From Eledone cirrhosa (taxonomy: Eukaryota): a stretch of 64,000 nt of DNA. Location of the stretch: positions 91,450,001 through 91,514,000 of the forward strand of contig OZ024743.1 in assembly GCA_964016885.1 (NCBI GenBank). The letters are read 5' to 3'. Position 1 is the first letter of the stretch, and each line of letters starts with the position of its first letter. The notes under the pieces were generated by a model that saw nothing but the letters and a program-made list of their open reading frames with translations, searched no databases and was not told the origin of the DNA. This document shows positions 1 to 11,994 of this stretch, in pieces. Made by a program: the position numbers and the translations under genes.

Positions 1-47
1 CTTGTGATGAGGACCCAACTATGTCTGAAATTCGATTAAAGGGGTTT
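1..47 (+). ncRNA. Degenerate minimal hammerhead-ribozyme-like motif (probable Penelope pLTR remnant), cut by window edge
   Basis: ctt-GTGATGA-ggac ccaactat gtct-GAAA-ttcga-tta-aagggg: core CUGAUGA has C->G, stem II ggac/gtct, ctt/aag possible stem I. Confidence 0.3.
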
Positions 48-104
48 ATTATATTTTTTCATCAATTTACAGGGAAATTTGTATTTTTTGGCATGTTTAC
101 ATGA

Positions 105-295
105 CTCGAGAGAGAGTGAAGAAGAGGCAGACAAAGAAAATCCTGGGGCGACAACATCAAAGACTGGACTGGTCTCAACCCCAAGACCCTTCTACACATG
201 ACAGAGAATAGAGACCAATGGTGACAACTGACTGCAAAAACATCTAGAGTGGTACCCCAATGACTGGCTGCACCAGTTGTGGGAACATGACATTA
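105..295 (+). mobile_element. RTE-clade LINE 3' fragment
   Basis: Translates to RRGRQRKSWGDNIKDWTGL...LLHMTENRDQW, typical RTE ORF C-terminus, degenerate. Confidence 0.6.
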
Positions 296-316
296 AAAAA
301 TGTATATTTATATAAT

Positions 317-560
317 GGAGGCACATGGCTCAGTGGTTAGAGCATTGGCCTTGCAAGTTGTGAGTTCAATTCTCAGACCGGGTGATGTGTTGTTTCCTTG
401 AGCAAGGCACTTTATTTCACATTGCTCCAGTTTACTCAGCTGTAGAAATGAGATGATAGGACTGGGGTCCCTATCATTCCACTGCAATGCCCTTCCTAAC
501 ACCAACCACATTTACAGTGTGGATTGGGAGCTTTTTACCGTGTTACCTACACGACCACAG
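317..560 (+). mobile_element. tRNA-derived SINE family A, 5' part, with an inverted internal segment (487-560)
   Basis: A box tggctcagtggtt, B box gagttcaattc; near-identical to 58559-58736; 487-560 is the reverse complement of the SINE body seen at ~10888-10960. Confidence 0.8.
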
Positions 561-1224
561 TTCATCCAAATTTTAAGCACATAATTAATTATTACTTAAT
601 TAAATAGATGAACAAAATATTGTAATCATTGGAATTAATCAAAGGAAAATATAATTAATTATTACCTCATAACACATAATGAAGTCAGATTTTAGCCTAG
701 CAGCTAATGTTTAACATAAACAAGACATTGAATTTGAATTGGGCATATATATATTTATATACACACAGTGTATATGGTGTACTTACAAGTAACAAAGCAA
801 AATATAGAGAATTAGAACTGTGAGAAAGCATCCCCCTCCCAATCCCTCAGCCCACCTCAAAATCCTAGCTCCATGCCAACAGGCTTACCTGCCTCCCTAT
901 CGTTGGTTTGAGCCCCTGAGTTCTAGCCTAAAACAAGTACTGGGCTCCACTAAAACCTTACAATGAGTGGAAGCAGTGAAGCAGAACAAAAGAATATATT
1001 TGCATAGTAGCCAACTTCTACAACATTCTATATAGTCTGTGTAGCTTGTATGTTATACTAATTGTGGTTCAGTCTGTATCTATGTCATGTTAATTGTGGT
1101 TTATGAGAAAGAAGATAAGAGTTGATTTTAATTACAAAGACAAAAGTATTTTGCTTAAATCTAGGTAAAGGTAATTGTCACCAAAACTAACATTTTCTAT
1201 ATTTTAAATTGGCCACTCTGATAG

Positions 1225-1535
1225 GTTTGTGGTTGAGCCTGTGACAGTGGAGACTTCCAGCATTCTTGGCCCCTGAACTACATTGCTACTCACTGATATC
1301 GGAGCGGAGTTGGCTATCTGTAAGTGCGAGCCTGTGGTAGTGGAGACTTCCAGCATTTTTGGCCCTTAAAACACATCTCTACTCACTGTACTTACATCCC
1401 CACCCAGAGCAGAGTTGGCTATCTGCAAGTGCAAGCTTTACGAGGTGGAGTGGCTGTTCCAGCGTGTTTTCCTTGCCGTCCTCCAAGGCAATGTCTTCTC
1501 CATCCTGTTGGCAGGAACCATGAGACCATCTGACC
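1225..1535 (+). mobile_element. CRE/NeSL-like non-LTR retrotransposon 3' fragment (restriction-like endonuclease tail) with ~92-bp internal tandem duplication
   Basis: VETSSI(F/L)GP twice, then WLFQRVFLAVLQGNVFSIL, resembling the AVETxG...QRxSxAxQRGNAxSI motif of RLE-type elements. Confidence 0.55.
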
Positions 1536-1699
1536 CTAAACCTGCATTGACAGCTATAGTTACACCAATGTTGTTGTTTTTCACCGAATTTTGGTCAGTA
1601 TCTTGCTGTTAGGAAGTTGTCTCTCTTATGTGGCATATCGGCATTTGATCAGCAATGGATGAAGATGAAATTAAACATACAAACATAAATATCTTCTTT

Positions 1700-2160
1700 G
1701 CCCACTTATTCCTGAGAGGGTTGTGGGGGAAGAGTCCTCAAACACTCCTTCTAGGTAGTCCTGTTAGAAGCAGCCCTCTCCAACTGATCCAGCTGGATCC
1801 CAAGCATGACCAGCCAAGTTCATGGATTGTAACCATCTTGCTCAGGATTTACCTCTGGGTCTCCTGTCGGCTGGTTTTGCCCGTAAAATCTGTCCAGCAA
1901 TTCTTGTCCTGAGACATTCAAACCACATACCCATAGTATCAGAGCTGTGATCTCCCAATTCAGAGAAGTAGTGGCTGTCTGATCTCAATGCTACATGCTC
2001 TATTGAGTAACGTTACTTGGCCACTTGTATTCATGATTGTATTCTTTTGGTCATTACCAAAGATTCCTGACCATAGGTAAGGATTGATTGGCATGAATAT
2101 CAAATTGAAACGTAAATATACACAAAGAATTGTCAAAAGCGCAGGAATTGCCAAAAGAAC
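1700..2160 (-). mobile_element. Old RTE-clade LINE 3' fragment
   Basis: Reverse strand gives degenerate LRWYGHV-like and RPRG(K/R)-like motifs with stops. Confidence 0.5.
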
Positions 2161-2269
2161 CTTGTCGCTTCAGCCACAAACTCAGGCTCCACTGCCCGCA
2201 ATGAGGAGGAGAGGAAGATAGTTAAATACCAGGGCTTGACTGACCGCTTCCTTTTTGCACCAGTCTCTA

Positions 2270-2770
2270 TCAAGACCTCTGATGTACTTGGAATGGAGGA
2301 AGTCCAGGGAGTTACTACTGCTGCTAACTACAAAAGGATTTCCCCTCAAAATGAAGAGCAGATTGTGTGACACATGTATTTGAACAGCAATGTGGCATGG
2401 TAGTGAAACCTGGGCACTAGTGCAGAGCCCTGCGAAGATTGGAAAGAAATGAAGCTTACATGCTCCAATTGATGTGTAATGCATGAACAGCAAAGCGTGG
2501 GTGGACTGAGAGAGAATCTGGGCATAAGAGGGATCAGATGCAGTGTGTAGTAGAGAAGATCGTGGTGGTATGGACATGTGATGCATATGAAGGATGACAG
2601 CTGTATAAAATGGTGCAGGGCGCTCAAAGTTGATGGTAGCTATGGGAGAGGAACACCTAGTAAAGCTTAGAATGAGGTGATAAAAACTGACCTCACACAT
2701 TTATGCCTCTCAAAGGCAATGACACAGGATTGTGATCTCTGGTATTATACAGTACTGCAGAAGACCCACC
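2270..2770 (+). mobile_element. Old RTE-clade LINE 3' fragment
   Basis: Degenerate W.K.RELL..L..KGFPLKMKS...AM.HGSETWA and WYGHVMHM motifs; homologous to 57331-57650. Confidence 0.7.
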
Positions 2771-3044
2771 TTTCCATGTTCACGGGGTGAATCAACACCT
2801 AGTGATCTCTAGTATGCACCACTTCTCCCCCTCCCCTTCCATATGACTCCCACATCTTAATCACTCCACCCCTCACCAGCTAAGTATCCTAACCCCACAT
2901 CTGTTGCACCTCTCTTGACCAACCCATATATGCAAGTATGGAAAGCTGAACTCACTCTCCCACAATGCTGCTGGGGTGGTTGAAAGCTCTCAGTCCACCC
3001 TGTCTGGTGGCAATGCAGGTGACACAAAAAATGTGTAAGGTGCT

Positions 3045-3565
3045 TATGTTGGTGTCATGACAAAAGAGCACCTAACCCTCCCTGCAGGGTGGTTGTTCTG
3101 GTGACATGACAGGAGGCACTCAACCCACCCTGTAAGGTAGTCATATTGGTGGCATGACAGAAGGTGCCTGGTCTACCCTGTGGAGTTGTTGGTTTGGTGG
3201 TACCACAGTGAACACCCAGTATTCCCTGTAAGGTGGTCATGGTCAGGATGCTATCACGACAAAAGCACCCAGTCAACCCTGTAGGGTGGTTGTGTTTGTG
3301 ACACAACATTACAATAAACACCCAGCCCACCCTGTAGAGTGGACATGATGGCGATACAAAAAAAGCGCCCAGCCCAACCTGAAAGTGATCATGTCAGAGA
3401 CATGACAAAAAGTGCCCAATCCACACTGTAAAGTGGTTGTGTTGGTGCCATGAAAGATGTACCCAGTCAACACTATAAAGTCGTTGTGTTGGTGCCATGA
3501 CAAAAAGCGCCTGGTCCAAACTGTAAAGTAGTTATTTTGGTGCAACGATAAAAGGCATCCAGTCT
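3045..3565 (+). repeat. Short, diverged tandem array (~10 units of ~48 bp) of the same SINE module as the big satellite, opposite orientation
   Basis: Repeated gtcatg/ccatgacaaaaag.cccagcccaccctgtaaagtggttgtg units; its minus-strand ORFs read TTTLQCGLGTFC like the satellite. Confidence 0.8.
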
Positions 3566-4004
3566 CTGCCCCCACAAACCTCTCAGGAATAAGTGGGCAA
3601 AGAAGAAGAGAAGAAGGTCATATAGATTCACCTCGGTGTTCTTGTGGAGACTATCCAGAAACTCTATGACACTATTTGTTCCAATGTAAAAACTACCAGC
3701 CTAAGAGAGAACACCTTGAAGCCAGTCTTTAAAAAATCGACCAAGATTGGGGCAACACATCTACTAACCATAAATAAGGTCTTCCAATTCATGGGGACTG
3801 CAAAAATATTCAACCACGGAATCAATATCTGTCTGAAAGGGAGGTTATTTTAAAGCTGGCCTTTAAAAAATTTCAAGATTGAAGGTGTGATATATTATCA
3901 AGGAATCAACCAACAAGTTATTCCAAACCAAGGAGGCTACAAAAGACTCAACAACAGAACATTTAACTGCTCTATAGCTATACTTGTTTTTCACTTTTTT
4001 CTAA

Positions 4005-5021
4005 TCTATATATATAAAACTGTGGTTGTCTGTCTGTCTATCGATTTTTGGCACACATCTCCTCTTAGAATCTCTGACGGAATTGCACCGAAATTGCTAT
4101 GCTTGTACATTGAGCCCTAGCGAAGACATCGGAAAAAAAATATTTCAAATTGACCCGCCCTATGTGACGAAATCGAATATAATGTATCGATTTTTGAGCG
4201 TAAGTGATCAGTTATTTCCCTTTGTTCTGTTTACATTGAGCGTCTTACGTAAAAAATTACGCTGGCTTTCTCAGCGTTTAAAATGACATTAACACAATAC
4301 ACGAACAGTTGTCGAGCCAGCAAAATATTGACCTGCAAAATTCATCAGTTCGAACACTAAGCTTCCGTTTTGCTTCATTTCCATTTAAAAGCATTTTAAA
4401 ACAATATTTTTACTTGAAAACAAGTCTATTTAAAGACTACGTAAAACAAGCAAATATTTCGTCGTTAGGCGTGCAGACAGACAGTCGTGCAGACAGACAG
4501 TCGTGCAGACAGACAGTCGTGCAGACAGACAGTCGTGCAGAGAGGTGATATACGCGTGCAGACAGACAGTCGTGCAGAGAGGTGATATACGCGTGCAGAC
4601 AGACAGTCGTGCAGAGAGGTGATATAGGCGTGCAGACAGACAGTCGTGCAGAGAGGTGATATAGGCGTGCAGACAGACAGTCGTGCAGAGAGGTGATATA
4701 GGCGTGCAGACAGACATAACTGATAATTTGGTTACGCTAATGTTTTTCTCTGCGTTGCAGTGTTTACATTTTCGATCTTTGTTAATAAATAACCAGTGCA
4801 GTTTCTATCCCCAGCATCCTCTTTTGTTATAACATTCGGGTTATCGTTATGTTTTCTTAACTTAATAAGGCATATTGTTGGTTGAGGGAATATTAATCAA
4901 AAACACCACATGCAAGTCTGCACAGTAGACACTACAGTTTTTAAGCCAAGAAAGAAACTTAACATTGTAACTTTAACACAGCTACTGAGCGACCCCGAGC
5001 AACGCCGGGCTTTACTGCTAG
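4005..5021 (+). mobile_element. Non-autonomous Helitron
   Basis: A|TCTATATATATAAAA 5' end, subterminal hairpin cccgagcaacgccggg, 3' end CTAG|T, no TSD. Confidence 0.8.
4468..4716 (+). repeat. Helitron-internal minisatellite (16-bp gtcgtgcagacagaca, then 38-bp composite units)
   Basis: Direct tandem repeats visible. Confidence 0.9.
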
Positions 5022-5227
5022 TTTATTATATATTTGTTATATGATGATAAAACATATACAAATTCTTGTGTTAGTATGTTTGTTTTTCATTCTTTTGCCT
5101 CCCTTTTTTCTCCCTGTCTCACTCTTGTTTTCGTTTCTTAATTGTAAGAAGTATTAGATACCCTTTTCAGTCTGTCATGGCTTACCAGCTCTACATGGGT
5201 GTTTAAATAGATTAAATAAATATATAA

Positions 5228-5228
<1 letters not shown>

Positions 5229-5258
<30 letters not shown>

Positions 5259-5291
5259 TGTATGTATGTATGTATGTATGTATGTATGTAT
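5229..5291 (+). repeat. (TATG)n microsatellite
   Basis: Perfect tetranucleotide run. Confidence 0.95.
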
Positions 5292-5743
5292 CAAAGGGCA
5301 AAGGAGCTCTTAAGAGTCAATGGCCATCCAAAATCACCGGGAGAGATGACTCCTTAGCCTTTGTCAAGGCAGAATTCTAGGAGAAGGAAAACTCTCATAT
5401 AACACCTGCAACCCTGATGATATCCAATGATGTTGACTTGTTCTTCTTTTTGGTAAATATCATCTTGGTCAAGAGAGTGGGACTGGCTTTGTGCAGTGTC
5501 TTTGCTCACTATAAAAGCTTCACGGCACAGGCATTGCTTTATATCTGGAGATCTCTCTGCACTTGTCGTCACATGGTACCATGGGCCCAGCACTATGTCA
5601 ATGATTGTCACAAGTGTAGTGTTTGTACCAGAGTTTTCAAGTCGCTGGCTGGACTAAAGTCACATTCGTTCAGCGCATCGGTAGGAGTTCTCCTACATGG
5701 ATATAAAGTAGTGGCCGTACTCGAAAACGAGTTGGCAGCCACC

Positions 5744-5771
<28 letters not shown>
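5292..5771 (+). mobile_element. Short internally deleted RTE derivative (5'UTR-like head + zinc-finger/3' end + (TATG)n tail)
   Basis: RTE-5'UTR-like ctaggagaaggaaaactc; CSVCTRVFKSLAGLKSH finger like that of the long RTE; 3' stem-loop tggccgtactcgaaaacgagttggcagcc resembles 9622-9650. Confidence 0.6.
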
Positions 5772-5774
<3 letters not shown>

Positions 5775-8700
5775 GAGATAATTGGCAATTTAGGTTCTGG
5801 AACAAAAAAGATAATTGGCAATAAGGGCAGGGTCCCAGGTTATCACAGCCTGGGCCCGCTCGTCATTGTAATAGAGCCAAACAAGGCATTTAGTCTTGGC
5901 TGCTGGAACGTACGGACGCTGCTTGACAGGGATTCCTTGGAGCGTCCTGAACGAAGGACCGCTCTTGTTGCAAAGGAGCTTCGACGTTACGATCTTGACA
6001 TTGTGGCTTTATCTGAGACGAGTTTAGCTGGAGATGGTCATCTTACAGAATTTTGTGGAGAATATATATTCTTCTGGAAAGGAAGAGATGAAGGAACCAG
6101 AAGAGAGGCTGGGGTACGATTTGCTGTTAAGACTGTACTTGTGAATAAATTAGAAGAATTCCCAGTAGGGATTAGTGAGCGTCTTATGTCCATGAGAATT
6201 CCGCTGGACAAAGGAAGATATGCGACCCTGGTGAGTGTGTATGCTCCAACTATGAATTCTGTCGATGAAGAAAAAGTGTCCTTTTACCATGCCTTGAAAG
6301 GTGTTTTAAGAAATATCCCTCAGGCAGACAAAGTCATCGTGCTTGGTGACTTTAATGTTAGAGTGGGTAGAGATTTTAACACATGGAATGTAATCGGAAG
6401 GCATGGGGTGGGAAAGTGTAACAACAATGGTATGCTCCTGCTGCAGATGTGTGAGGAGCTGGATCTGTGTATTACCAACACCATGTTCCAACAAAAGAAC
6501 AAATTCAAGACCACATGGATGCATCCTGCATCTAAGGAATGGCATCTTTTGGACTACGTCTTAGTCAGGATGCGTGACAGACAGGATGTGAAGTGTGTTC
6601 GTGCTCTTCGTGGAGCTGAGTGCTGAACGGACCACCGCCTGGTACGCGCAAAAGTGAAACTAATCACTAAACGTAAAATCCGGGCTCCTGGTGTTGCCCT
6701 GCCCAAAAGATTGAATGCTGCTCGTCTTAAGGATAAAAATGTGAAGAGGACATTGGAAGAAGAGATGCAGGCTGCAGATCTTGGTGAGGATTGGCCGACC
6801 CTTAAAAAGTCGGTTTATGATGTAGGCATGCGTGTTCTGGGATTGGTGCAGAGAAAATATCAGGACTGGTTTAATGAGAATGATGTACATATAGAAGACT
6901 TGTTGGCTGATAAGAGGCGTGCTCCGTCACGATACTTTACGGCAAAATCACAGGAGAGGAATACGTTGCATGAGGAACTCAAGGATGTAAAATCACGTGT
7001 TAGGCGGAGTCTTTCTCAGATGAAGGATAAGTGGTGGAGTGAGAAGGCTGGTGAGATACAAACTGCGTCAGATTCCAATAACACAAAGCTGTTGTACAGT
7101 CTCTTGCGTAAAGTTTATGGACCGTCTTCTTCTCTGGTGACACCGCTTCGCAGCAAGGATGGCAAAGAACTTCTTCGTGACTCACAAGGAATTCTACGAA
7201 GGTGGCGAGAGCACTTTGATGATCTTTTGAATCAGCCGTCTGTCGTCAGTGAAGATTTCCTCAATCTCATTCCAGAAAGTCCTGTGAAAGTAGCTCTCGC
7301 AGAACCTCCGACGCTTGTGGAGGTTGCAGTGGCTATTTCGAAGCTGAACAGTGGAAGATCTCCAGGTATGGATGGCATACATGCTGAGCTCCTACAATAT
7401 GGTGGTGAGAGACTCCTGCAACATCTTCACTCTTTGTTTGGCAGGATATGGGTTAATGAATCCGTACCTGAGGACTGGAGAGATGCAGTAATGGTGGTCT
7501 TGTACAAGGGAAAGGGTAACAGGAATGATTGTGGGAACTACAGAGGTATATCATTGCTTTCTGTCGTAGGAAAAGTTTTATGTAGGGTGCTTCTGGACCG
7601 TCTGCTGACACACATTGCAGATTGTGTTCTTCCTGAAAGTCAATCTGGTTTTCGTGCTGGACGTGGCACTACTGATATGATCTTCTCAGCTAGACAGCTC
7701 CAGGAGAAGTGCATGGAACAAGGCTTGGATCTGTATCAGGTTTTTGTCGATCTGACAAAAGCTTTCGATACTGTTAACAGAGATGCATTATGGAAGGTTC
7801 TCCAGAAACTTGGTTGCCCTGATAAGTTCCTTGCTTTAGTTAGGTCTTTCCATGACGACATGAAGGCTTGGGTTAATGTCGGAGGTAACATGTCGGAGCC
7901 TATCTCAGTAAAAAATGGAGTGAAACAGGAGGACATTCCAGCACCGACCCTGTTTGCCATATACTTTGCAATGGTTTTCTGTATTGCATTCAGGAATTGC
8001 GAGCATGGTGTTTACATCCGATATCGAACCTCAGGCAGCATATTTAACATCCGGCGCTTTGCTGCGAAGACAAAAGTATTTACATCAATCATAAGAGACC
8101 TCTTGTATGCAGATGATTGCGATCTTGTAGCGCACACAGAGAGTGATATGCAGCACATTTTGAATGCATTTTCTGACGCTTGCACTGCCCTGGGTTTGAC
8201 TGTCAGTCTCAAGAAAACCGTCGTCATGTACCAACCTGCCCCTAGTAAGCAGTACACTGAACCAAACATCTATGTGTATGGCAAACGACTTGGAGTGGTT
8301 GATCAGTTTGTCTACCTGGGAAGCACTGTCAATCGATACGGCAACCTTGACAGTGAAATCTCACTTAGGATTAGGAAAGCAAGTGATGCTTTCGGAAAGC
8401 TAGAAAGGCGACTCTGGGGTCGGCGAGACATATGCAGGAGGACAAAGGTAAAGGTGTACAGGGCATGTGTACTCTCTTGTCTTCTTTATGCCTGCGAGAC
8501 CTGGGTCACATATCGACACCACCTTAAGCAATTGGAGCGTTTCCATCAGATGTGTCTCAGACGGATCCATGGCGTTCACTGGAGGGACCACATCAGTGAT
8601 GTCGAGATTTTGGAAAGCTCTATGTGTGACAGTATAGAAGCTCTTGTGCTTAAGCAACGACTCCGTTGGAGTGGTCACCTTGCCAGGATGAAGGATTCTA

Positions 8701-9287
8701 GAATACCAAAACAACTCTTTTATGGAGAGTTGGTTAAAGGAAAACGACCGCCACATAAACCAAAAAAGAGGTATAAGGATTCCTTGAAAGCCTCTCTGAA
8801 AGACGCTAACATCTCTGCTGATACATGGGAAAATATTGCTGCTGATCGTAATAAATGGAGAACGACTGTATATGAGGGAAAAGTTGCCTTTGAGGCATCT
8901 CGAATCGCATACGAGAAAGTAAAGCGGGATGTGAGGAAGGGCATTGCTGTTGCACTTCCAGACGGCGAGGGTCCTCCTATGGTGCTGGCATGCAGCGTCT
9001 GTGCGAGACTCTGCCTAAACAAAGCTGGACTCGAAAGTCATCTTCGCAGTCATAAAGTAAGACCAGTGGTTGACTACCAGGCTGCTGTTGGAGATGCTAC
9101 TCATCATGCTTGCCAAACATGTGGTAGAGAATGTAAATCAGCAGGAGGGCTCAAGCGACATGCAAAAGTACACAAACTCCAACCACAGCCGACTATTCCC
9201 AGTGAATGTTTTGGTTGCCGACTCTGTGCAAGACATTTTAGATCATTGGCTGGACTAAAAAACCACATTCGATCGCAGCGCTGTTAG
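5772..9287 (+). pseudogene. RTE ORF: APE endonuclease, reverse transcriptase, three C-terminal C2H2-type zinc fingers; one in-frame stop at 6624-6626
   Basis: WNVRTL, LSET, VYAPT, GDFN, LDYV, AEC*TDH (TGA for Trp); YRGISLL, QSGFR, FVDLTKAFD, GVKQED, LYADD, YLGS; ORFs 5748-6626 and 6654-9287 are in the same frame. Confidence 0.92.
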
Positions 9288-9294
9288 TTGCTAT

Positions 9295-9470
9295 CGTGTG
9301 TGTGTGTGTGTGTATAGATATGTTTATGTATGTGCGTGTATGTGTATATATATATGTATATGTATATTATTATTGTTGTTGTTATTATTATTGTTGTTAT
9401 TATTATTATTGTTATTAATGTATATGTGTGTGTGTATATATGTGTGTGTGTATGTATGTATATGTATGTG

Positions 9471-9543
<73 letters not shown>

Positions 9544-9610
9544 CTTTTTTAATTTTAATTTTATTTTTTATTTATAATTTTTTTTTTTTAATTTATTTTT
9601 TTTTTTTTTC
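9295..9610. repeat. Compound (TG)/(TA)/(TTA,TTG)/poly-T microsatellite inside the RTE 3'UTR
   Basis: Direct inspection; lies between the RTE stop codon and 3' stem-loop. Confidence 0.9.
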
Positions 9611-9843
9611 CTCCTCGTGCAATGGCCATACTCGATAACGAGGGGGCAGCCATCATCATGTATGTATGTATGTATGTATGTATGTATGTATGTATGTATG
9701 TATGTATGTATGTATGTATGTATGTGTGTATGTATATATGCATGTACCTATATATGTATATGTGTATGCATGTATGTATGTATACAATGAGCAATAGTAA
9801 AAAGGATTTGTGCTCAGATTAGAAATCAATATGTTATCCTTTA

Positions 9844-10217
9844 CTCTCAGGTCCCAAATAATAGAGAGGTGAGGGTTGGAATAAGCAGAGGGGTTGAAAA
9901 ATCGGTAATTTTTCTAGGATGTCTCCACTGACTTTTTTTGAAAATCAGAATTAGTCATTTAGTTTCCATATTGAGACCTCAACCCATCCTATTTCATAAC
10001 GTATGGGATTTCTAGTAATGTAGTTTTTTTTGTCATGTATGTTTATTAATGTATAAAGAAAATTAATTGTTGCAGGAATAATGCTATCACTTAAAATAAC
10101 ACTTCACCTGAGATAGATTAGTAAAATTTAATAAGTAGAAGGTGGGGGGAATCTGAAAAATTAATAAGTGGGTGGGTAGAGAGGAGGGGGGAGGTGACAT
10201 TATTTGAGACCCAAGAG
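9844..10217. mobile_element. MITE with TA target duplication (Tc1/mariner-pogo type)
   Basis: TA|ctctcaggtcccaaataat ... attatttgagacccaagag|TA imperfect terminal inverted repeats. Confidence 0.7.
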
Positions 10218-10239
10218 TAGTCCTCTTAGTTGTTTTAAT

Positions 10240-10420
10240 TAGACAATTGCACCAATGCTGGGTGGGGTTTTGAGTCACTGTTGAATTATCAGCAGTGGAG
10301 ACTTCTGGTGTTCTTACTTCCTGAACCACCTCACTCCTCTGAGCCCCTCAAGATAGAATGGCTATTTCAATGCATCTCCCTTGCTTTCTCTATTCTGCTC
10401 ACTGGGACCATGCAGTGATA
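10240..10420 (+). mobile_element. CRE-like RLE 3' fragment, second copy
   Basis: gcagtggagacttctggtg (AVETSG) and gaatggctatttcaa similar to 1225-1535. Confidence 0.45.
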
Positions 10421-10568
10421 TGTGCCTGGGATTCTCACATTATCCAAGTATATATATCATTGTGGTAACCATAGTGCTGGTCATTACTGAGTTGTTATTA
10501 CTACTTACCAAATAATTTGTATGTATATGTGTGTGTTTGATTGTGCGTGTATGTGTGTACATGTGTAA

Positions 10569-10712
<144 letters not shown>

Positions 10713-10829
10713 GGTTATTACTACTCACCTGAGGAATCCAGAACCGACAATTAGAAGTCATCCGACTTTAACAAAATTCATTCATTCCATTTTTATTTAT
10801 TTATTTATACAACTATTTATATATCTATT

Positions 10830-11110
10830 TAGATCGTGTAGGTGTCACGACAAAAAAACACACACACACACACAGTCCACGCTGTAATGTGGCCGTGTAG
10901 GTAACACGGTAAAAAGTTACCAGTTCCACACTGTAAACGTGGTTGGTGTTAGGAAGGGCATCCTGCTGTAGAAAACCTGCCAGATAGTCCTATACGAACG
11001 AGACACGGTCACCCGACTAACCTTGCCTCAAGTGGGACAACTCCCGTCTAACCCATGCTAGCGTGGAAAATGGACGTTAAACGAAGATGATGATGATGAT
11101 GATGATGATG
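10830..11110 (+). mobile_element. SINE family A 3' part with two copies of the ~48-bp hairpin module and (GAT)n tail
   Basis: atcgtgtaggtgtcacgacaaaaa... and gccgtgtaggtaacacggtaaaaag...ccacactgtaaa, then ggttggtgttaggaagggcatcc...ctaacccatgctagcgtggaaaatggacgttaaacg(atg)n. Confidence 0.85.
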
Positions 11111-11127
11111 ATTTATTAATCCGTGTA

Positions 11128-11256
11128 AGGTGGCTAATTGGTAGAGCCGTTAAAACGTCAGATAGAATGCTTTGTAGTATTCATTTCAGCTCTCTGAGTT
11201 CAACTTTACCTTTCATCCTTTTGAGGTCAATAAAAAAACTATCAGTCTAGTACTGA
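11128..11256 (+). mobile_element. SINE family B, degenerate copy
   Basis: Similar to 52353-52546 (actttacctttcatccttttgaggtcaataaa). Confidence 0.6.
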
Positions 11257-11994
11257 TTCTTCCTCTATATCTCTTTTTCACTTCCTCTCCCTTACTTTCT
11301 GTGATTCTCCGAAATAAATTTGCTATGTTCTGGTCCAGACAGGGATGGGCTCTGCCAGGCTTAAAATGCCCAAGAAACGCCATATGTCAGCACCTCTACA
11401 ATTCCATCAGGAGTTACAGGACAATACCATATCATTAATCCATGTGCATGTATGTGTATATATTTACATAGGCATGTGTATGTTTGTGTACAAGCATATA
11501 GTTCATGTAATTGTATTAACATGTGCTTATACTAGTGCTTGTACTCATGTGAATGTATATGTACTTTCTTGTACTTGTGGTGGTGTTCGCCTGGAGGTGG
11601 ATTGAGCCAGCTCCATCGAAGAAATTTATGGTGTAAGTTCATCTCAATGGTGTTTCTTTGGCCGATTGGTCTCACAAGCGGTGCCCAGCCACAACTATAT
11701 ACACTTTAGGATAGGGCAATCCAAGCATTGCATTGATTATAACACCGAGCTCTCGCTTTCACACCAGACCCTATTTGAGGGAGTCAGTGCCATGATGGGG
11801 ATGAATGGGAGGGAGTTTGGTTGGCAGAGGTGATAAACACAACTTATTTGAGCCATTTTGTAGGCCAGCAGAAGGTCACCTTACTGCCCAGCTCAGGCAT
11901 ACTGACTCTTGGCACTGGACATACAGTAGGCAATGAAAAAAAAAAGAAAAGAACACCAACTGTGGTTTTATCTCTTGTACTTTTTATACGTGGT

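Larger units (their letters stand above)
5772..9724 (+). mobile_element. Near full-length RTE-clade LINE, 5' end missing, (TATG)n tail
   Basis: APE endonuclease + RT ORF, 3' stem-loop ctcg-ataa-cgag, then (CAT)/(TATG)n tail. Confidence 0.95.

Noticed and set aside
317-400. tRNA genes at SINE heads (also 58559)
   Set aside because: A/B boxes are present but no complete cloverleaf; they continue into SINE body.
3644-3980. Short ORF-like purine-rich stretch as host exon
   Set aside because: No recognisable domain or splice support; probably decayed TE.
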